The notes under the pieces: model-generated
The model's input: only the letters and a program-made list of their open reading frames with translations
Databases searched by the model: none
What the model was told of the DNA's origin: nothing
Assembly: GCF_964355755.1 (NCBI RefSeq)
Contig: NC_092670.1
Span: 4,144,201 to 4,208,200, forward strand
Direction: 5' to 3'
From: Antedon mediterranea
Lineage: Eukaryota > Animalia > Echinodermata
DNA length: 64,000 bases
In this document: one piece after another, positions 54,815 through 64,000 of the stretch
Position numbering within the stretch: position 1 is the stretch's first letter
How the letters are laid out: the number at the start of each line of letters is the position of its first letter
Translations under genes and position numbers: made by a program

Positions 54815-55030
54815 AAAGGAGCGTTGATGAGGCTCACATTGTTACATTATATTTACGGTACTCTTATTTAGACAGGCCTAACACATTTGTTAGAAGTTTC
54901 TTTGTTGACTTTTCTTCTGCATGTAACACTATTCAAACACATATTTTAATCGATAAGATGCTATTTGGGGTAAATCTAGCTATTGTTTATGGTCTTCATT
55001 TTTTAACCGATAGGTATCAACCACAAATTA
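54815..55030 (+). pseudogene. Decayed non-LTR reverse transcriptase fragment (Rex1/Babar-like)
   Basis: Translates RSVDEA ... YLDRPNTFVRSFFVDFSSACNTIQTHILIDKM ... FLTDRYQ, matching the LINE RT motif LFVDFSSAFNTI, with frameshifts. Confidence 0.7.
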
Positions 55031-57808
55031 AATTTCAAGGTGCTTTTGTTGTTTTTTGTTGTTAGTGGGCATGGCATTCCTTTCTATTGTCATAATTTAT
55101 TGTCACGTAAGTCGGTAGCCTAAATTCAATAACTGTCTTACCTGTTTAATCCACTCATCTTAGTATTGAAATTTTATTAATCGGCCTTGACAATCTTACA
55201 ATAACTTAAGAAATCTAATAGTGTTAAGTCACGTTCATTGGTAATTGTTTAGTTTCATCAAAAGAAAAGGTAGCCTAGATATTTCTTTGTCGGTAAATCC
55301 ACACATTCTCCCTAATACCCTTATTTCATCACAATTTAACGGGTTTAACAATAACATTTTATTACGGTCGCTGACGTACTTTCGTAGATTATACTTTCAC
55401 CTATTTTCCCTGTGTAAGATTTTAGGAATAGAATTTTATTTTTCTTTTTAAAAAATAATCAAACATATAATAGTATAAAATAGAAGATGGTCTCAACATT
55501 TAGTTCTGTGATAGAATTTATATTAATGCTAACACATTGGTCGCGTTAACTTCGAAACCGCGATAGTCGCGTCAAAATTACGGTTCAGATTGACGCTTGA
55601 CGCGTGTCGCCTGGCGCGTGGATTGCTCACTCTGCATCGACAATGCGTCGATAATGTATGTATTGCATCAACAAGTATGTTTTCGTTCACATTTAAAAAT
55701 AAATGTTGACGCCATTATTGAAACATAGATTTTCAAAGGGCCATGGGCCATGGGTTTATAAGAACTTGTAATGGCTGGCGGTCACTTAATTTAGTTGCGG
55801 CCGTTAGATAGTGGCACGATCGGGCTTTCTTAACCCGAAAATCAATGAATTATTGGTTAACGTACACGTACCTTTGGTTAACATCACAGTATAATACACA
55901 ATTTCTATGTTCAACGCCCGTAGTATTTTAGTATTGCCAATAACATTCAGGATGTTCAAGTACTGAAACCTGGTTCGAACCATCCAGAGGTAGGCCTACG
56001 TCTTCCCGTTAAGAAACGAAGCATACTGTATAAGGCCTACACCATGTTTTGTTGATTGAATTTACTTGGTGATTTTTTTGTTTACTTTAGACTGATTTTA
56101 CTATGGCTGTTTGTTTAGCTCTTGAAACTGATTTGTTTGCTATGGCTATTTTGTGAATGTTTAGCCTTATTTGCTTAAATACCTTGATGTGGTTATTTTG
56201 TTATACTGTTTTAGACTGTTTAAAAATTACTGTCTTTGCTATGGTAATTTTGTTTAATGTATGCCTTATTTATTTGCTTTATACTGCTTTAGAACAATAT
56301 TGGCTTTGATTGGTGTACGGATCGCATGAACACACTCCATAGATGCATCACCTGTGATTGACGTCACGCTACACAAAATGTGTGACGTAACGTAGTCACT
56401 ATTTAAACACAATGCCATTGTCACAGATATAAAGATGCGGATTGCTAATTGCTTTACAGCTGAGAAATAAAAAAAAAACTATTTAAATTTAAAACTGGTT
56501 TTAATCTTTACAATACAAGGAATACAATATGTACATACTTAGCAACATTACCAAACATTATCTGAAACCTTTTCACCAGTCAAGTTAAAAATGTAATAGA
56601 AAACGTGTATTCATGTGAGTCAATTAAAGTCAACGTCAGAATGCTAAAACTACAACTCTGCTAAAATGGATGTCATGAAAATGGTAAGCATATAATCTTA
56701 TATATAACATTAATTATTATATGTATATATAATTTAATCAATATTTTAAAAAATATCATTTCATACCATATATATTTAAAATATTATTTTTTTTAAATGT
56801 TCATTAAACAATATAGTGATTGATTGCATCTTATACTGAAATTACACGATTGTCAGAAATTAATAAAAAATGATTGTTTACGGTACCACATAAGAGAAAA
56901 AACAAACTTCACTAACATGGAATACCCTTCAATCCCGCGCACCCTCATACTTTAAATCAAACATGTCCAGAGTAATAATTTGCAGCGATAAGTATATATA
57001 TGATAGCCTGCATTGTTCTATAATAATAATTGTTTTACTTGGGGTGGGTTGAGGCGGGCAGTTTACACCTCACTCACATATTCATAAAATAGTGATCAAA
57101 CTTCAACTTACAGGTAAGTCTCGTTTAATCTTCCTATTTTATTTCATATACGTTCGCTGTAAACTGAGATGTTTAAAGCCAACTCTGGAAACATGTTTGA
57201 ACTGTAAACCAAATAATTGACGGAAATGTTAGTTTCAATAAAACAACTTTATTTACAATTCCGAATAACTAAAACTAACATTTGTTTGTCTTTCCACAAA
57301 ATTAAAAGCTATAAAAAGTTATGCCATGTTGATTTATACTATTATTTATTACTGTTACAATTACATTATAATTCCCAGAATACCAATAGAAATCATAATA
57401 ACTTCTAGATAATGATAATTCCTGTCTATTTTGTTTGGCACATTGTATATTTAAACATCAATAAAATCAGTGTTCATATTTCTTGTTTTATTTGAGCTAA
57501 ATAAAGTTAAGTCTAATCTAGAAAGTATTATGAGTCTATACCTCAACCGTTTCCCTCCAAATATAACTATAATTTATACAATATATTTTATAGTTATTTA
57601 ACTTAATTATTAAAGTTTAGTAAGAACAAAATATTAGTAAACGGACACCATAATCAGTACCTTATTCTAACATTTAAAAAAATATGATATTAATACAAAA
57701 GTGTGCTGTTAACTATAAACTGAATGGTAGTACTTAAAGTGTTACTTTTGTATTTTAATAGTTAGGCAACGTAAACCTGTTTGTACGTTGGAGGGAATTT
57801 GGAGAATT

Positions 57809-60800
57809 CTAAAAATCAAATGCGTCTTTTAACACACTCTGCATTTCATTGAAGAATTTCTTTTTAGCTGATGTAATATGCATATGACCTCCAGGAACGA
57901 TTATCTTTTTAAAAGGTTGATTAGATTCAATTTCAAGACACCATGCGTCCAAAGAGGAAATTGGAATAAACCTATCCGACTTTGCACCAATTATCGTCAT
58001 GCCACATTGAAGTTTTTCCTTGTGAGTATTACTGTACATTTGGCAAATCCTGAAGCCCACGTGGAAACATGGAATGAGGCGTCGCATCAATTCATTGTTG
58101 CCCAAGACATCATCATCAACAAACGAAAGCTTTAATGATTGCTTGTCCACCACTCGAATATTGTTCTTGATATCTTGTTCCATTTGTCGTAATAGTTTAG
58201 GAGCATTTTCAAGTTCTGTCGCGTTAGGATAGTTTAGTGTAGGCGCATACCAAGAGCTGATTACTAAATGAGCCGGGCGGATGTTTCTTTCCATCAACCG
58301 ATGGGCAACTTCGAAAGCAAGGAGTCCACCGAGACTGTGACCAAATAAAACAAATTTACCGGAAATGAGCCTAGGAGCAAGATTTTCTGTTAAATGACTT
58401 ATCATTTCTTCGATTGTCTGAAGTGGCTTCTCGTGTTGGCGCCCTTCCCATCCGGGAAGTTTTGCCATAATTACCTGAACGTTGTATTTATCGAAGTTGT
58501 TTTGCCACCAAGCGTATGTAGACGGACCACCTCCATTTGGTGGAAAACAAATGAGTTGGATATCAGGGGTAACTCTTTCATCTATAACATACCAGGCCTT
58601 CCATGATGTGTCATCTTCCTCTTCATCATTATTTCCATCGTCTACAATCTGTTTTTCTGCTAATACATTCTTGTATATTGAGGCAGATATAGCTAGTAAT
58701 GTAATATTAGCATTCATTAACTCCATTGGTGGTACAAATACATTAAATGTACTTTGGATAAACCCACTGAATTCAGTTGTCATAAGAGAATCTACACCAA
58801 TCGAGGATGGCGATACATCTGGTGAAATGTCACCAGTTATACCAAGACGTTCTGAGATAAAACCACACAGTTTATTTAGAACAAATGACTTGGCCACTTC
58901 CGGAGAATATTGAGTAATATCATTTTGTCCACTGTCTCCTACTTGCAGTTTTATATTTTCTATATCAAATTCTTTCAGTATAGAAAAACGCCCACTGGGA
59001 ATGGTAATGTGTTCTTTGGCAAATATTTTATTCTCTCTGATAAAATCTCTTTCTCTAAAATTTCCACTTAATCCCATTTCCTTAACTCCACTTCTTAGAA
59101 GTATGCCAAGACCATTTAGTAAGTGCATTGGAGGCAAACCTTCAACACCTCTTCTATCCCAGAAGTCTACGAGGCCCGCCCTTGCAGCATATCCATCGCT
59201 TTTGATTACTCCAGGACAAAAAACAGTTGCAGGTAGACACTTGCTTCTACGGAAAAATCCGAGAGAAGATAGAAAGGTATTGGCTGCACAGTAACTTGCC
59301 TGACCCGAATTTCCTATCAGTTGAACAATAGACGAGATCATAACAAAATATTTCAAATCAGTATTGAACTTTACGGACATCTGATGTAACAGAAGAGCAC
59401 CCCATGATTTAGCAGCCATTACTTTCTTCCATACTTCAGGTGTAATATCATTTAACAGTCTATCATCATACTGTGCAGCGCAATGGAAAATTCCAGAGAG
59501 CTGATAGGACATATCACTTGAAATCCGTTTGAAAGCCAGTTCTACATCGGAGCTGCTTGTGATATCAGTTTTAATATGAACAATTGCTGTCCCAGACTTG
59601 TTCAGATAATCCAACCGTTCTCTTTCTTCAGCATCTGGTTCTGACCGACTAAGGATATACACACAACCTGCTCCTTTGGCAGATAGCCATTCAACTAGAC
59701 ATAATCCAAATCCTTTAGTACCGCCAGTCACAAGGTATGATTCTTCGTTTTTGAACACAATTTCTCCTTTTAAAAAGTCATATGAAGTTGAGACAGGTGA
59801 ATTTCCAACAGCAACCGTAACGTTACTAAATGAAACATCATTCATGACTGCAATGTTTTCCAGTGGAATTACTTTTGGAATCACATCCTCTTTCAATTGA
59901 TTGATCATAGAGGAAGGTTTTTCAAATAATCCAACTAACTCATCAAGGACAGGTCTCATTTTCTGAAGTTCGAGTTTTGAAGAAAACGCGTAGGAAACCT
60001 TTTCAACAACTGCATGTTTGGGCAATCCACGTAGCTTAGAATTAGTATCAGTAGATGACTCGGTGTCAATAATAGAAATGATAGAAAAGGGCTTTAGTTT
60101 CTCTTTCATATTACACAACTGGAACAATTCTGTAACTACTGATTCACAGCCAACTACGATACCCACGCTCTGTGAGTTTAAGGAGTACATGACATCTTTA
60201 ATGTCTAAAACAGTTGCTCTATATTCATCATGTAGATGAACTCCGTTGTTTATTGATAGATCTTTAACAGCTACAATAACATTATGTTTCAGTTCTGCAG
60301 CAATATGTGCCATTGAAAGTCCAATCTTGTCCTTATTTGAAGACAGACAAACTATTGTTGTGCTTTCTTTACAGGATCTAAAGTTACGAATTACACCGAA
60401 TGGTATTATGTATCTTGATACGATATTGACTATCTCGTCTGCGTTGAGGCTGCTCGTCACTTCAACGACGTCATCTTGGTGACATCTTATTGTTGATCTT
60501 AGTTCCTCCTCTTCACAGAAGCCAATAAATGAAGTATTCTTATCAGATTGGCCACAGAAAAAAACAACACTTTTATCTTCGTCAGAAGTATTATTCTCCT
60601 TCGTTGTCATTAAATGGAAAGCCGCCACATGTATATCAACATTATCTGTACAGTTTATAACGTGATCGCGTATGTCTTTAGTAAGAAACACTTTCCCATT
60701 CTGCAAACTTTTCCCAATATCGAATTTCCAAATAGAAGATGCTACTTTTAAAGGGAACTCATCAGGTTTACTTATAGCAAGTCTAAGTGAAAACGCATCG

Positions 60801-63735
60801 TATGGCCGATCTAATTTTGACTTACGTAAAGCAACTATGTTGTCACATGGATCTGTCTTCCAAATATAGTCGGTCAACCATTTCGATGCAGCTTGATTAT
60901 CAAGATTTGAAGGTAGATCTACAATGAATACTTTCATAGTAGGATCTTCTTGCATGACACAAAGTGCAAATCCGTAAGCAGAGGATTGTGTTGGATCAAC
61001 TACATCGTCGTGGTTTGCAGGAAAAGCATCGCGTGTTACAAGCCACATGTTTGGTCTTTGTTCTTTCTTACGAGAATATTTATTATATTGGTCTAAGCAT
61101 GATGTTGCAATATGTGCTTGTTGGTTAAGTAAATCTGTCTTAGATATTGTTGTGAGGTCTTTGTCACCAGCTTTAAAAAGCAAAATAATATTCTTCTGTT
61201 CGTCTGTATCTGAATTGAAATCTGAACCTTTGGCGATTGTCATTGCCGATATTCCTTCTTGTTTAAGCAACTTACTTAGGTGTTTCGTAAGATCACTATC
61301 GTCTCCCATCAAGATATTCTGACTTTTCTCATTATAAGATGATTCACCAGGGTATACTTGTATCCATTGTTTTTCCCAGAGCCGCAGATTCTGTTGTTCG
61401 TTTGTGGCAGCAACTGAGCCAAAACTAATTTGTTCAAATTTACCAAGTACAGCATATGATTCTGCATCTGCTATAGAAATATTTATTTTAAGATCATGTG
61501 TATCACTATACGCATCCGATAGCTTATAGTGAAGAACCACATTAGTTGGAAATGTGACGTGGCTTAAGTTGACGTTTTTTACACCTCTTGGGGCACGCAC
61601 AATAGGTTTTTCTGTTGGATTTAATACCTTTCCTTGTAGGCCAACAAGACCACCGACGGCCTGTAATATCCCATCAATGATGGCTGGATGCGTGTTGAAA
61701 CGAGAAGACTGTGCGACAACCGTGTCGGGTGCGTGAATATATAGAAGTGCCTCATCAACCATTCGACTGTACTTTACCTTTTCGATGCACATGAAACTGT
61801 TACCAAGACTAAAGCCATGTTTTGTCATAATGTCATAAAAACCAGATTTATCCAATTCCCCAAGACACCTTCCTTTTATCTCAAAAATTGGAAGAAACGA
61901 TTGTTTCTCTTCTGAATTGTTTTTTGTTTGTTTTAGATGCATAGTTGAATGTGTCATCCATTTGTTTTCTTTTGTGTTGAAAGATCGTAATGCGAATGTT
62001 GCTTGTCCATTCAATTCCATCTCAGTCGTTGTTTCTAGTATTGTGTCAGCTTCAGAAACAAAAAGAAACCTGTCAAAGCGAAGATCCGACATCACTACTG
62101 GGCGAGAATCTGTAAACAACTCACGATGAGCAGCAATGGCTGTCTCTATAAAGCCAGCAGCTGGAAGTACGACACTTCCTTGGAGAATATGATCGGCAAT
62201 CCACGGTTCTTTGTGAGTTCCAATGTTTGATTTCCAAACTCGAAGTTTCTTGTTTTCGTGATAGTTTGCGGATGATTCTGACTCCCCTAATAGAGGATGA
62301 CAATGATGTGGATATCTCATATTTATATCAGCTGCTTCAGTTGCTGCCGAACATGTAATTCGTTGCCATGGATACAGAGGTAAAGACTCTACTTCGACCT
62401 TAAACCCTTGAAAATACGGTGACAAATCGACTTTGTAGCCACTTACGAATAATTGTGCTATTGACATATTAAAACTCAGAATATCGTTGGCAGAGTTACT
62501 AACATCACGGGGTCTTTTGAGAGAATGAGTAATGAACTGAATAGTTGGTTTGTTCGGTGTAGAAGCTATGGTATCTTTAATTGCCGGTGCCAATGCAGGA
62601 TGGGCACCTATTTCAAGAAAACTGTTGTATCCATCCTTGAGTACAGCATCCACTGCGTCTTTGAATCTCACTTTATGGCGAATATTATTCCACCAGTACT
62701 CGGAGCTATTTGCTTCTTGCAGCGTAAGATACCGGTTTGTGACGGTTGACATCATTGGGAAAAGAGGTCTGTGACAGTTAGACGACGATGACTTACGTTT
62801 CTTTAGAAAGCGTGTTTCTTTAAAGAATTCTTTTTTAAGAATTTCCTGTTGACGGCTGTGGAAGGCGTTATTTACCTTTAGTTCTCTTGCTTGTATACCA
62901 TCTTGTTTAAGTTTTGAAGTGAGCTTGTTGATAGATAGTGTTGTACCAGAAACCACTATCTGAGAAGGACTATTAAGAGCAGCTACGTCCAAATCCGTGG
63001 ATTTTAGTTGATCTTGTATATCATCAACATCATGAAGAATTGCTGCCATTGTTCCTGACCCACTAGTTTTTACAAGAAGATGACCTCTTGTAAAAATTAT
63101 TCTAACAGCAGTTGACATAGATATGAGTCCGGCTGCGTATGCTGCTGCTACTTCGCCCACACTATGACCGATTATGGCACTCGGAGTTACTCCATAATGC
63201 TTGTACAGTTCGACTAATCCGATCTGAACGCTACAAATGCAAGTTTGGGAAATTTCTGTGAAAATATAATATTTTTTATGTAATTAACAATAATAATAAT
63301 TATGTTATAAAACGGAATAAAAACATAAAATAATATAAATATTTGCTTTATTGCTTCTTTGTGTCTTTTCTATTGTGTATTACAATTAATCAGAGACTAA
63401 ATAAAAAGAATTATTATTTTTTATTATCAACGAACAGAATTAATGCAATGAAATAAAAAAGTTGTTTAACTTTTAAGGTTTGGAGTAATTCCGGGTCAAC
63501 TAGAGGTTCATATTCCCATCATTTTTTCACCATATTCATTCAACCCAAACCACCGGCCATTATATATGTATACTCCAAATAGACCAACAACATTAAAAAG
63601 AAAAAGTTGATTATGTGTAATCGTTAAAACAAGTAACTTACCCGTATTGTTGATTCTGTCTTTGTCATTTTCTTCTGACAGCATTTGTACAAGTGACCAT
63701 GTTGCACCGTATTTACCAAGTATTACGTCTATTTT
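57809..63735 (-). CDS. Second, paralogous type I polyketide synthase PKS-B (AT-DH-psiKR-ER0-KR-ACP-TE visible; KS exons expected beyond the window end)
   Basis: Exons 63735-63642 (KIDVILGKYGATWSLVQMLSEENDKDRINNT) and 63255-57809, with intron positions and phases matching PKS-A. Motifs GHSVGE, NAFHS, DHILQGSVVLP, IDGILQ, TGGTKGFG, GQASYCAAN, IGVDSL, GHSLGG, GGHMH. The terminal exon is an uninterrupted 5.4-kb frame. Confidence 0.92.
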
Positions 63736-64000
63736 CTACATTAGCAATAACAAATTTCTTATATTCAATATATTTATTTTGGGAATTTTAATCATTTTGA
63801 CTAAATATTTTAACAAATCATCAATTTTAAACGGACATCTATACTATCACTCGTGCTTTATCCTTAAAACCTACATGGACATCAACTAAACGTTTCTTAT
63901 ATAAAAAAATTAACTAACAAATAGAAATTAACAGCCTGAATGAATTGTACGGTAACCAGTAAAAGTGTAAATGTATTTATAAAAAACATACAATTTTTTA

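Noticed and set aside
43864-62774. Numerous + strand ORFs of 60-143 aa overlapping the PKS exons
   Set aside because: They are antisense shadows of long coding exons with no independent motifs.
43206-63735. Canonical fatty acid synthase (FASN)
   Set aside because: The ER motif is destroyed, there is no pseudo-methyltransferase, the TE is TEII-like, and the KS motifs are PKS-like (DPQIRILLE, GYSRSEG).

Overview
AT-rich, intron-containing animal genomic DNA, probably from a marine invertebrate (echinoderm-like is an inference from the PKS type and SINE content, not proven). Five spliced protein genes were reconstructed by hand from GT-AG boundaries and frame continuity. On the + strand are the last six coding exons of an ATP-dependent 6-phosphofructokinase (7203-13290). 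On the - strand are a sterol C5-desaturase (SC5D-like) with an unusually long C-terminal tail (21486-23271), an 11-exon adenylyl cyclase-associated protein CAP (30510-37724), and a tandem pair of animal iterative type I polyketide synthases. PKS-A is complete (43206-53781, about 2435 aa); PKS-B is cut by the window end (57809-63735+). PKS-A reads KS-AT-DH-psiKR-ER(dead)-KR-ACP-TE, and the visible part of PKS-B matches from the AT onward. Neither has a methyltransferase remnant, both end in a type-II-like thioesterase, and they share an almost identical 113-nt tract over the AT active site. This PKS pair is the best candidate for an undescribed biosynthetic system. Non-coding highlights are a Penelope-type minimal hammerhead ribozyme, a 10x perfect CRE-palindrome array in a CAP intron, a 23-bp satellite with two levels of higher-order structure just downstream of CAP, and two adjacent long-TIR foldback elements. 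MITEs, SINEs, Helentron-like elements and LINE fragments are also present. No database searches were run; family assignments rest on recognised motifs.
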